A stretch of 64,000 nucleotides of DNA from Octopus vulgaris (taxonomy: Eukaryota), in contig OX597836.1 of assembly GCA_951406725.2 (NCBI GenBank), positions 28,148,001-28,212,000 on the forward strand, written 5' to 3'. The translations under genes and the position numbers were made by a program. The first letter of the stretch is position 1. Each line of letters opens with the position of its first letter. Below are positions 38,261 to 50,433 of this stretch, in pieces. Below the pieces are notes generated by a model. It was not told where the DNA came from. It worked only from the letters and a program-made list of their open reading frames with translations, and made no database searches.

Positions 38261-39203
38261 TTTTGGCAGGATTTTTACAGCTGGACGCCCTTCCTAACAC
38301 CAACCACTCAGCAGAGTGGACTTAGTGCTTTTTACGAGGCACAAGCACAGCCGAGGTCATTTTTGGCGGGATTTTTACAGCTGGATGCCCTTCCTAACAC
38401 CAACCACTCAGCAGAGTGGACTTAGTGCTTTTTACGAGGCACAAGCACAGCCGAGGTCATTTTTGGCAGGATTTTTACAGCTGGATGCCCTTCCTAACAC
38501 CAACCACTCAGCAGAGTGGACTTAGTGCTTTTTACGAGGCACAAGCACAGCCGAGGTCATTTTTGGCAGGATTTTTACAGCTGGATGCCCTTCCTAACAC
38601 CAACCACTCAGCAGAGTGGACTTAGTGCTTTTTACGAGGCACAAGCACAGCCGAGATCATTTTTGGCAGGATTTTTAAAGCTGGATGCCCTTCCTAACAC
38701 CAACCACTCAGCAGAGTGGACTTAGTGCTTTTTACGAGGCACAAGCACAGCCGAGGTCATTTTTGGCAGGATTTTTACAGCTGGATGCCCTTCCTAACAC
38801 CAACCACTCAGCAGAGTGGACTTAGTGCTTTTTACGAGGCACAAGCACAGCCGAGGTCATTTTTGGCAGGATTTTTACAGCTGGATGCCCTTCCTAACAC
38901 CAACCACTCAGCAGAGTGGACTTAGTGCTTTTTACGAGGGACAAGCACAGCCGAGGTCATTTTTGGCAGGATTTTTACAGCTGGATGCCCTTCCTAACAC
39001 CAACCACTCAGCAGAGTGGACTTAGTGCTTTTACGAGGCACAAGCACAGCCGAGGTCATTTTTGGCAGGATTTTTACAGCTGGATGCCCTTCCTAACACC
39101 AACCACTCAGCAGAGTGGACTTAGTGCTTTTTACGAGGGACAAGCACAGCCGAGGTCATTTTTGGCAGGATTTTTACAGCTGGATGCCCTTCCTAACACC
39201 AAT
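38261..39203. repeat. 100-bp tandem repeat, about 9.4 near-identical units, derived from family C retroposon
   Basis: TTTTGGCAGGATTTTTACAGCTGGATGCCCTTCCTAACACCAACCAC... recurs every 100 nt; one 1-nt deletion near 39030. Confidence 0.97.
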
Positions 39204-39289
39204 CAATAATAATGATGATGATGATGATGATAGATAAGAAGTGAATCAAAGAAGGGAGGGGTCAAGAAAAACTGAATGCTGAACTACCT

Positions 39290-40900
39290 GACCGCTCGAA
39301 TGCATTTCTCCCATCACAAACAGAAGAGCAGGTGTTCCAATTTGGTCCAGACAAGACACCATAGTCTGGCAGTAAAGTATAATGTATGTGTTAGCTATGT
39401 TTGCTCAACCTTTTAGTGATAGCTTCCTCTCAGTGCATTTCATAAGGTTGGCCACCCTGTTCATAATCTTATCCCAGTTTTTTTCCACCTAGATGTTCTG
39501 ACCAAAAGCAGCCCCGAGGTTCATAACGTTGTTGCTTAGCATGGACTTACCTCTCTAGGTATTTAGTTTGAAAACAATTGATTGCTCCAGGCTAATCTTT
39601 ACCCCTATCGCTGCCTCATATTCCACTAGAACAGCACATCTTCCATGGTATCCAACATCATTACAATGACATTCTCCACATATATATTTCTTTACTACCC
39701 ACAAGGGGCTAAACACAGAGGGGACAAACAAGGACAGATAAAGGGATTAAGTCAATTACATCGAACTCAGTGCGTAACTGGTACTTAATTAATTAACCCC
39801 GAAAGGATGAAAGGCAAAGTCGACCTCGGTGGAATTTGAACTCAGAACGTATTGACAAGACGAAATATGGCTACGCATTTCGCCCGGCGTGCTAACATTT
39901 CTGCCAGCTCGCTGCCTTGACATTCTCCACCTATACTTACACAGTTCTGTGTTCCAATTTGAATGTAATTCCTCCCAGCCCCTCCAGTTTCCACTGAAGT
40001 GGCTTGGGAGACAGGAGGAGTAATAAAGGGATGGCCCACTCACATGAGTTAAGTGGTTAAAACCCACTAAATAGATACATTGAAACAATCCAGCCTCTAA
40101 AAACCAAACCCAAACAAACAGCATTCCACTGAAGGTTATCTTTCATTCCATCAAATTAGCCAGTCTTTAAAAATGTGTTTGGCACCATCTGTTCAAATAT
40201 AACATTCCAGTCTTATACTTTAACTGATGAACTGACAGTATCAAGGCCAGGCTTTATTTTTTTTTTACTACTTCTTACTGTTACTTCTTTGTCCTTCATC
40301 GGATGACCTCTGTTTCAAATTATAAAATGTTTCCTGACTTTGTCCAGAAATGGCTTGTTGAAAACATCATCAAAAGTCTGAAGAACTTTTAAGAAACCTC
40401 TTGGCATTATAGCTGGACTAACCCTTTCATATCCCATCAAACAGATAACAACACCTTACATGAGTGAAGACCTTCTTTACCATGGGGTGCCGGTGTTTCT
40501 CCTTTCCCTTCCCACTTGTCTTTGGCACTTGACATTTTTATAAAGAACCCATTTCTCATCAAAAGTCACTATCAATATCCAAAAAAAAGGTTAATTTGTG
40601 AGACATGTGAGCAAAGAAGAGCACACATTCACTCTCGGCACGTGATTAGACTCGGAAACTTTTGTGAGGAACCCATTGACCCAATTTGCTGACTTTTCTG
40701 ATGGCACACGGGTGTCAATGAATGGTTGACTGACCAAATCCAAGCTTCTCTGCTAGATCCTCAACAGTTACAATGGGATTTTGTTCCACCAAGGTTTGTA
40801 GGACATCCTCATCGAGCTCTGCAGATCTTCCAGGATGAGGCTTATCTTCTAGGCTGTAGTTTCTGGCTCAGAATTTCTAGAACAACCATTGATGCTGGCT
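39290..40900 (-). mobile_element. Decayed L1/Tx1-like LINE ORF2 remnant
   Basis: Minus-strand translation gives YEAAIGVKISLEQS, RGKSM, VEKNWDKIMNRV and RKLSLKG; many stops; upstream extent approximate. Confidence 0.55.
39686..39917 (-). mobile_element. SINE family B inserted in the L1/Tx1 remnant
   Basis: 13-bp TSD TGACATTCTCCAC at 39667-39679 and 39918-39930. Confidence 0.9.
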
Positions 40901-41098
40901 TCCATATACTGCATTAATATTCCTTGCACTTTCCATTATTGAACTCATAAAGCAAAATATGCTGAATATGCACCTTTGTCACTTCCATTATAGCTTTGAA
41001 AAAATAACTGTTAAAATCGAACTGCACTCTTCAAAACTTGCACTAAGAATAAGTACAAAGTAAAATTACTATGTAAAAGCTACAATATTTATGGGATA

Positions 41099-41157
<59 letters not shown>

Positions 41158-41583
41158 ATATGTATATATTAAATTAATAAATTAATAGAATGCTGAAGTT
41201 TTCTGTGATATTACTCGTAGCATACATGTGGGTATAGAGTTTGAATAGTGTATCCACATTCAACTCTGTAAATTTTGGAAGTGTTGGTTGGATATCTGTT
41301 ACATGATGACACTTGATTGTGTGCATATTCAGTCAAAGCACTTTCAAATTTTATAAAAATTGGAAATATTATACTGAAAAGATAAGTAAGTAAAATTTAA
41401 ATTACTTTAATCTCGAAACGCGTATATAATTAATCCTGGTCGTGTTGATTCATTGTTTTTCTCTTTGCCTTCGTAAAAAAGTATGTTTACCATCATGGAG
41501 ATTGTTATAGTAGCAGAAAGGGAATTTTTAACTCCCATTTCTAATTTCGGAATGTGGTGAAGCAGTTAGCTGAACCCTAATTA

Positions 41584-41615
<32 letters not shown>

Positions 41616-41645
41616 ATCAAAATAAGCAACAAGAATGACTCGGGT

Positions 41646-41736
41646 AATTTGGTATGATCGTTTCGTACTACATCATTTTATTAAATGTTGTAGGTATTAC
41701 AACAGTTTTAAAATGCTGAGCACTCATCAGCCAATT
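41646..41736 (-). ncRNA. Mirror hammerhead motif, stem III damaged by a CpG transition
   Basis: CTGATGA at 41730-41724 and GAAA at 41664-41661, followed by CGATCATA instead of CGATCGTA. Confidence 0.62.
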
Positions 41737-41809
41737 ATAGAGGTTTTCCATTAATACAAAAATTTTGCCACTTGATATGAAAATTTTTGTATTAATGGAA
41801 AACCTCTAT

Positions 41810-41900
41810 AATTGGCTGATGAGTGCTCAGCATTTTAAAACTGTTGTAATACTTACAACATTTAATAAAATGATGTAGTACGAAACGATCGTACCAAATT
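41810..41900 (+). ncRNA. Type I hammerhead ribozyme motif (minimal PLE type, long stem II)
   Basis: Stem I TTGG/CCAA; CTGATGA 41816-41822; 59-nt stem II closed by GTGCT/AGTAC; GAAA 41882-41885; palindromic stem III ACGATCGT; GUA cleavage triplet 41891-41893. Confidence 0.78.
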
Positions 41901-44900
41901 ACCGGAATCATTCTTGTTGCTTATTTTGATTATAATCACTCCACGGTTTTTTATGGATAACACCATACAGAATTCTGGTGTATCTAAATTAAGTACCATA
42001 TTCATTTGAATCTAAATTTTTGATAAACTTATATATATATATATAAGTGTCTACTAGAGTCTCGGGCCGACCAAAGCCTCGAGAGTGGATTTGGCAGAGA
42101 GAAACTGTAAGAAGCTTGTTGTGTGAGACTCTAGTAGACACTTGCTCAAGGTGCCATGCAATGGGACTAAACCCGGAACCATGTGGTTGGGAAGTAAGCT
42201 TCTTTTCACACAGCCACTCCTGTGCCTACGTATTATGCACATAATCATATCATCATGGAAACCGGATGTTAAATTATGATGATCTGCAATATTTAACCCA
42301 TATATATTGCTGGTTTCTACTTGTTTAGACATGAACTCACCAGGAAGCACCTAGCCGAGCATACGAAATGTTCAGTAGGGAGTCGACACCTGTACCTAAC
42401 AGTTGCATAATGTCCTTCTCTTCCAGATTGTGAATGCTTACCATAATGTTTAATTTATATACATTGAAATTTTAAGACTTCATTTTCTTTTATGGGCATA
42501 TATGAATTAAATTATATAGGTGTAGGAGTGACTGCGTGTTAAGTAGCTTGCTTACGAATCACATGGTTCTAGGTTCAGTCCCACTGTGTGGCACCTTGGG
42601 CAAGTGTCTTCTACTATAGCCTCGGGCCAACCAAAGCCTTGTGAGTAGATTTGGTAGACGGAAACTGAAAGAAGCCCATCGTGTATATGTGTATATATAT
42701 GTATATATGTGTATATATATATATGTGTGTGTGTGTGAGTATATATATATATATATATAATGTGTGTGTGTGCTTGTCTCCCCAACATAGCTTGACAACC
42801 GATGGTGGTGTGTTTACCTCCCCGTAACTTAGCAGTTCAGCAAAAGAGTCTGATAGAATAAATACTAGGCTTACAAAGAATAAGTCCTGGGGTCGATTTG
42901 TTCGACTAAAGGCGGTGCTCCAGCATGGCCACAGTCAAATGACTGAAACAAGTAAAAGAAAGTATTTTGCTCTTGTTGTTTTGTCATGCACATGAATCTG
43001 CAGTCCATGGAAAGATGGTTTTGTATGAAACCAATTCTTGGTGTAAAAACCGTTGGGCACAGCTACACAAGAGTGTTAAACCACAGATAGGCAGCATACA
43101 AATAGAATTAACAATTGTCCTTGACATTATTCATTACATTATTACACAGCCACAATAAAGTGTATACATCGGTCATGAGATTTCTCATTTCCTTTTTCAC
43201 AAGGCTTTTGTGGCGTATCATTATTTAATGTCCATTTTCAATATTGACATGCGTTGGACAGTTTGACTGAAAACTGGTAAGCCAGGAAGCTGAACTTGGT
43301 CCCAATCTGATTGGCATGGTTTTTACAGCTGGATGCCCTTCCTAATGCCAACTCAGAGCATCGGCTGCAGGGGTCACTCCAAAAAGCTCTATCTGTGATG
43401 ATTTCATCTCAATCGAAGGAGAGGGGCTTTCTCCGTCTGGGTTGCGGATCTGTGAAATAAGCTGCCGAACAAGATAGTGAAGATGCCGACAACCGCTCGG
43501 TTCAAAGTCTCTCTTGACCAGAAATGGCCTGAACTCTTTGCATGAACACCCTCCCTGTACATAACTCCATGTCCCCCTACATGGCCTTGCCCTTTGCTTT
43601 TTGAGCCAAAAAATTAACTTTAACTCCGAGTGCAGTAGGTGCTTTTTACATGCCACCGGCATGGGTGCCTTTTATGTTAACATCGGCATCGGGCACAACT
43701 AGGGTTTCACTTAGCTGGACAGGTCTTCTCAAGCACAGTATATCACCAAGGGTCTCGGTCACTTGTCATTACCTTCATGATGCTCAGCGTTCAAAGGATG
43801 CTTTTTACATACCACCTCCACAAAAAGTATTGAGTGACCCTTCAGTTTAATGTAACATCAGTTTTATTATAACTCAACAAAGAAACAAACATATACATAC
43901 ATATTCTTTTATTCTTTTACTTGTTTCAGTCATCTGACTGCGACCATGCTGGAGCACCACATTTAGTCGAGCAAACCAGCCCCAGAGCTTATTCTTTGTA
44001 AGCCTGGTACTTACTCTATCGGTTTCTTTTGACGAACCACTAAGTTACTGGGATGTAAACACACCAGCATCAATTGTCAGGTGATGTTGTGGGGAAAAAT
44101 ACAGATACACAAACATACACACACACACATATATATATATACATACACATATACGATGGGTTTTTCCAGTTTCCATCTACCAAATCCACTCTTATGGCTT
44201 TGGTCGGCCCAAGGCTATAGTAGAAGACACTTGCCCAAGGTGCCACGCAGTGGGACTGAACCCAGTACTATGTGGTTGGTAAGCAAGCTACTTACCACAC
44301 AGCCATATCATCATCATCATTTAGCGTCCGTTTTCCATGCTAGCATGGGTTGGACGAACGGGAAGGTTTACGAAAATAAACAAAAGACGAAGGCAGGTGG
44401 AGTACAAACAAACAATTGTATTAGTATGGTGCTCAGGAATAGAAATAAAACAAGTATTTTACGCTTCGAGCCTACGCTCTTCAACAGAAAGATACACAGA
44501 AAAGAAACAAGGAGAAAAAGAATGCGTGCAGGAGCTCACATACATATATATACACACACATATATATATATATATATATACATACATATGTACACATACA
44601 CACACACATTTGTATGTATTATTACAAATTTATATTAAACTGAAGAATTATCAATACATTTGTAGAGTACTTGTTATTCTTTAACATTGTGTGTGTGTGT
44701 GTATATATATATATATGTGTGTGTGTCCAACATCACTTTACAACCGATGCTGGTGTGTATACTTCCCCATACCTTAGCAGTTTGGCAAGAGAGACCGATA
44801 GAATAAGTACTAGGCTTACAAAGAATAAGTCCTGGGGTCGATTTGCTCAATCGACTAAAGGTGGTGCTCCAGCATGGCCACAGTCAAATGACTGAAACAA

Positions 44901-45207
44901 GTAAAAGAACAAAAGAATATATATAGATCTGCATAAAGATACATACAAATAAAACTAATGTGGGATACATATGGAAGGAAGTGTGAGAAAAAGAAAACTG
45001 ATAAAAATTTTTCTGTACTAAAATTAGGTGAGGTTAAGATTTTCCATTAAAAGATCCAGAAAGTTCGATGTGTTTTTTTTTTAAATATATATATTGTATA
45101 CAAGATATATAATACAGTTCAAGGAAGTACACTTTCTACAGCCATTTCTAGAGTTCATGTCCTAGGTTTTATTTACATGTACTTTTATGTATATTTACAT
45201 TTATGTA

Positions 45208-45417
45208 TACTCTTTTCCTTGTTTCAGTCGTTTGACTGCGGCCATGCTGGAGCACCGCCTTTTAATCGATCAAATCGACCCCGGGACTTATTCTTTGTAA
45301 GCCCAGTACTTATTCTATCGGTCTCTTTTGCCGAACCGCTAGGTGACGGGGACGTAAACACACCAGCATCGGTTGTCAAGCAATGCTAGAGGGACAAACA
45401 CAGACACACAAACATAT

Positions 45418-45472
<55 letters not shown>

Positions 45473-45638
45473 TACGACAGGCTTCTTTCAGTTTCCGTCT
45501 ACCAAATCCACTCCCAAGGCTTTGGTCGGCCCGAAGCTATAGCAGAAGACACTTGCCCAAGATGCCACACAGTGGGACTGAACCCGGAACCATGTGGTTG
45601 GTTAGCAAGCTACTTACCACACAGCCACTCCTGCGCCT
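45208..45638 (-). mobile_element. SINE family A
   Basis: Full head to tail, near consensus. Confidence 0.88.
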
Positions 45639-46174
45639 ATATTTATGTTTTATAAATATCTTTTTAAATATTCATATGTGTTATGTGTCAATGTATGTAT
45701 GCGCATTTTAAGTCAAATCTATAACTGTATGTGTATGGTTACCTAATTTGAGTTTGTATCTTAATTCTAATCTTTTGTCTCAGGTTCAGCCTGAGTACTC
45801 AAGCAGTTTTGTATTTTTTGTAAGAAAGAACAATATTATATATATATATATATATATCACGTGACCTACCAGGTTATCAGATGTTGCTACATATCACTGG
45901 TTACAATGCGCTTCAGCCTTCGTTTTAGCCTTCAAATGACGCCACCCCGCTGGCTGAGCGAGCAGGCCAACAGAAGAAAGAATGAGAGAAAGTTGTGGCG
46001 AAAGAGTACAGCAGGGATGCTCCCCCTCTACCGGAGCCTCGTGGATCTTTAGGTGTTTACGCTCAATAAACACTCACAACGCCCGGTTTGGGAATCGAAA
46101 CAGCGATCCTACGACCGTGAGTCCACTGCCTTAACCACTGGGCCATTGCACCTCCACACATAAATAATATATAT

Positions 46175-46267
<93 letters not shown>

Positions 46268-46269
<2 letters not shown>

Positions 46270-47040
46270 GTGCAGGAGTGGCTGTGTGGTAAGTAGCTTG
46301 TTTACCAACCACATGGTTCCGGGTTCAGTCCCACTGCGTGGCACCTTGGGCAAGTGTCTTCTACTATAGCCTCGGGCCAACCAAAGCCTTGTGAGTGGAT
46401 TTGGTAGACGGAAACTGAAAAGAAGCCCGTCATATATATGTATATATATATGTATATGTTTGTGTGTCTATGTTTGTCTCCCCAACATCGCTTGACAACT
46501 GATGGTGGTGTGTTTATGTCCCCGTCACTTAGCGGTTCGGCAAAAGAGACCGATAGAATAAGTACTGGGCTTACAAAGAATAAGTCCCGGGGTCGAGTTG
46601 CTCAATCAAAGGCGGTGCACCAGCATGGCCGCAGTCAAAATGACTGAAACAAGTAAAAAGAAAAAAAAAAAGAAATTCGATTAAAGGCGGTGCTCTAGCA
46701 TGGCCGCAATCAAAATAACTGAAACAAGTAAAAAGAAGAAAAAAAGAAATTCGATTAAAGGCGGTGCTCCAGCATGGCCGCAGTCAAAATGACTGAAACA
46801 AGTAAAAAAAAGAAATTTGATTAAAAGCGGTGCTCCAGCATGGCCGCAGTCAAATGACTGAAACAAGTAAAAAGAAAAAAAGAAGAAAAAAAAGAAATTC
46901 GATTAAAGGCGGTGCTCCAGCATGGCCGCATTCAAAATGACTGAAACAAGTAAAAAGAAAAAAAAAAAGAAATTCGATTAAAGGCGGTGCTCCAGCATGG
47001 CCAAAGTCAAATGACTGAAACAAGTAAAAGAGAAAGAGAA
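46268..47040 (+). mobile_element. SINE family A with its 3' tail present six times in tandem
   Basis: AAAGGCGGTGCTCCAGCATGGCCGCAGTCAAA(A)TGACTGAAACAAGTAAAA units separated by variable A-rich linkers. Confidence 0.9.
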
Positions 47041-49399
47041 TATACACACACCCACACATATATATTTATATAGGCTGAGCAGACTTAAATGTTGAAGTCT
47101 CTGTCAAGAGTACTCTTAGGGAAGAAGAAATTTGTAATCTCCAGAAAGTATTGTGTAATCCTTCAGTTTAATGTAAAATTGTTTTTATTATAACTTGACA
47201 TAAAAACAAATATTGTGTAAGTGTGTGTGTGTGTGTGTATGTGTGTAATACAATTGTAAATCTGTAACAAATGGTGTGTTCAAAAGCAAAAAAAAAAAAA
47301 AAAACGACAAAGGTCAAAAGGACGGTAGATGTACATGGTGAATCTGTTAGTTTGGCGCTCAGCGAAAGGTTTAGAGAAGAAATTAAAAGCATAATATGAC
47401 ATTTTTGAGCTTTGCTCTTTGTTGGATAGTGTGAGAAAGTTCAGAGAAGAGGAGAAAGAGGAAGGAATGAACAGTGAGGAGAAAAGCACATGGTTTTTCA
47501 GTGGCAGATGTGTGCATAATTGGCCTGTGTGAATTTGTGTATATGTGTATGTATGCATGTGATTGTTAGGGTTGTGAGTAGTGCATTTGTATGAGAGGGA
47601 GTGCTATGTTGGGGTGGTTGTGTGTGTGTATGAACATCGAAATAAATATCAATGGAAACAGTAGTTGTGATACCTGTGCCGGTGGCACATAAAAAGCACC
47701 ATCCGAACGTGGCCGATGCCAGCGCCGCCCCGACTGGCTTCTGTGCCGGTGGCACATAAAAAGCACCATCCGAACGTGGCCGATGCCGGACCCCCACTGG
47801 CACCTGTGCAGGTGGCACGTAAAAAGCACCCACTACACTCGCGGAGTGGTTGGCGTTAGGAAGGGCATCCAGCCGTAGAAACTCTGCCAGATCAGACTGG
47901 AGCCTGGAGCAGCCCCTGGCTTCCCAGACCCCGGTCGAACCGTCCAACCCGTGCTTGCGCGGAAAGCGGACGTTAAACGATGATGATGATGATACTACAG
48001 ATGCTTGTAGTAAGCTTCATAACCAAGTGGGATATTAAAATACAATTAAAGGTAGGATGTTTATGTTGTGTATCTAAGTGTCATTGTCCACTCCCAAACC
48101 AGCCCTAGCCGGGTAGACTGAGCCTTAACCAAAGACCTTCCATTGACAACATTTTTTGCTCTTTGACATATAAGACCTCATTCAGGAGTGGCTGTGTGGT
48201 AAGTAGCTTGTTTACCAACCACATGGTTCCGGGTTCAGTCCCACTGCGTGGCACCTTGGGCAAGTGTCTTCTACTATAGCCTCAGGCCGACCAAAGCCTT
48301 GTGAGTGGATTTGGTAGACGGAAACTGAAAGAAGCCCGTCGGATATATGTATGTATATATATGCATGTGTGTGTGTTTGTGTGTCTGTGTTTGTCCCCCT
48401 AGCATTGCTTGACAACCGATGCTGGTGTGTTTATGTCCCCGTTACTTAGCGGTTCGGCAAAAGAGACCGATAGAAATAGTACTGGGCTTACAAAAGAATA
48501 AGTCCCAGGGTCGAATTGCTCGATTAAAGGTGGTGCTCCAGCATGGCCGCAGTCAAATGACTGAAACAAGTTAAAGAGTAAAGAGTATTCAATGTGAACA
48601 TTCAAAGAGAGTTCAGTAATGATTTGAGGGAGATTTGGCTGCTACATTTAGAAATCATATAAAGGATACCCTCCTGTGATTCTCTGTGTTGTTGTTGTTG
48701 TTACGTAGTCCTAAATCAGCAGTCTGCTACCATGCAAGTAGTTGATCAAATAACGAGGTGCAACTCCAACATCTATCTTCCTCGTTTTACCTCATGCTTG
48801 TCTGAGAACCATTCAGTACAACTCCATCAACTTTCTTGCAGACAAGTGGAGATTTTCAGACCTAAGTTTACAACTAAAAGGGGTCGGTTTACTTATATTT
48901 CATCTTTAGGCTACATGCTATGTTAACTTGGATGCTGGAATATACTGCAGGTATGATGGTGCATAGCTCAGTGGTTAGAGCATCGAGCTTATAATTGTGA
49001 GGTTGTGAGTTTGAATCCCGGACCGGGCTGTGTGTTGTGTTCTTGAGCAAGACACTTTATTTCACATTTCTCCAATTCACTCAGCTGTAGAAATGAGTTG
49101 CGACGTCACAGGTGCCAAGCTGTGTCAGCTTTTACCTTTCCCTTGGATAACACCGGTGGCATGAAGAGGGGAGGCCGGTATGCATGAGTGACTGCTGGTC
49201 TTCCATAACCAACCTTGCCCAGACTTGGGCCTGGGAGGGTAACTTTCTAGGTGCAATCCCATGGTCAGTCTTGACTGAAGGGGGTCTCTGCATGTATGAA
49301 CTAATGAAGGAAACCTCTGTATGGTAGCTACACCTGTTAGAAATAGCAACTAAATGTCTTTTAGATTGCACTCTTTGGTTTTATATGTGTGTGTACATA

Positions 49400-49592
49400 C
49401 TGTATCTTCCAGCATATAAATTAGTTTTCAGACCAAAATTTATAGCCAAAAAAAGGTTGGTCGACTTATACACCAAAACAATTTTGAAGGATCAGAAACT
49501 CCATGTGAAATGCAGCAGGATCTGGGAAGATAGCGATGATGTTCCATTGTTTAGGCTATAAACTATGTTGACTTGTAAGCTGGAATATACAG
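49400..49592. mobile_element. pogo/Tc2-like MITE
   Basis: TIRs CTGTATCTTCCAGCATATAA / TTGTAAGCTGGAATATACAG with TA TSDs. Confidence 0.7.
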
Positions 49593-50026
49593 TAAATATT
49601 AACAAACTACTAATGATGCATAAGGAATTGTTTTGTGTTCTTTGCCGTTTATTTTGGATTGTTTAGCAGATATTGAGGGCCCAGGCACAAGTAGCCTAAC
49701 CCATGATGGCTCTACTGTACAGTGGAATGTTAGTTTATGAATGCCTCTCATCACTACCAAATTAATTAATTGACATTTTTTTTTTTTTCCAAACAAAATA
49801 TCTCAAGTAACAAACACACAATCTGGGAGTATCACAGGGAGAACATGAGTTGCTGTTTAGCTTTCACTCAGTGCACATCCCTGCTCATATTCACCGTGCT
49901 TTCTCTTGGATTTCCTCTGGGGGAAAATAGTTTTGGTTTACAAACATTTCAGGTATCAACAGGCCTTCAGAAACATATTAAATTCATTAACCAAGGTTTC
50001 TCTGTGTCTTGTTAGTATTGCTTTCT

Positions 50027-50433
50027 TATTTCTTTATTGCCCACAAGGGGCTAAACATAGAGGGGACAAACAAAGGGATTAACTCGATTACACCGACCCC
50101 AGTGCATAACTGGTACTTAATTTATTGACCCCAAAAGGATGAAAGGCAAAGTCAACCTCAGTGAAATCTGAAGTCAGAATGTAATGGCAGACGAAATACC
50201 TATTTCTTTACTACCCACAAGGGGCTAAACACAGAGAGGACAAACAAGGACAGACAAATGGATTAAGTCGATTATATCGACCCCAGTGCGTAACTGGTAC
50301 TTAATTTATCAACCCCAAAAGGATGAAAGGCAAAGTCGACCTCAGCGGAATTTGAACTCAGAACGTAGCAGGCAGACAAAATACGGCTACGCATTTCGCC
50401 CGGCGTGCTAACGTTTCTGCCAGCTCGCCGCCT
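50027..50433 (-). mobile_element. SINE family B dimer
   Basis: Two central domain and tail units behind one head, as in the 5710-7963 array. Confidence 0.8.

Larger units (their letters stand above)
41612..41934. repeat. Near-perfect palindrome (155-bp arms, 13-nt loop); Penelope-like inverted pseudo-LTR
   Basis: 41612-41766 is the reverse complement of 41780-41934 with only a few mismatches; (TA)n flanks the insertion on both sides. Confidence 0.92.

Noticed and set aside
38261-39203. CRISPR-like regular array (also 27785-28190 and 46605-47040)
   Set aside because: No unique spacers, no cas genes, eukaryotic context; units derive from retroposons
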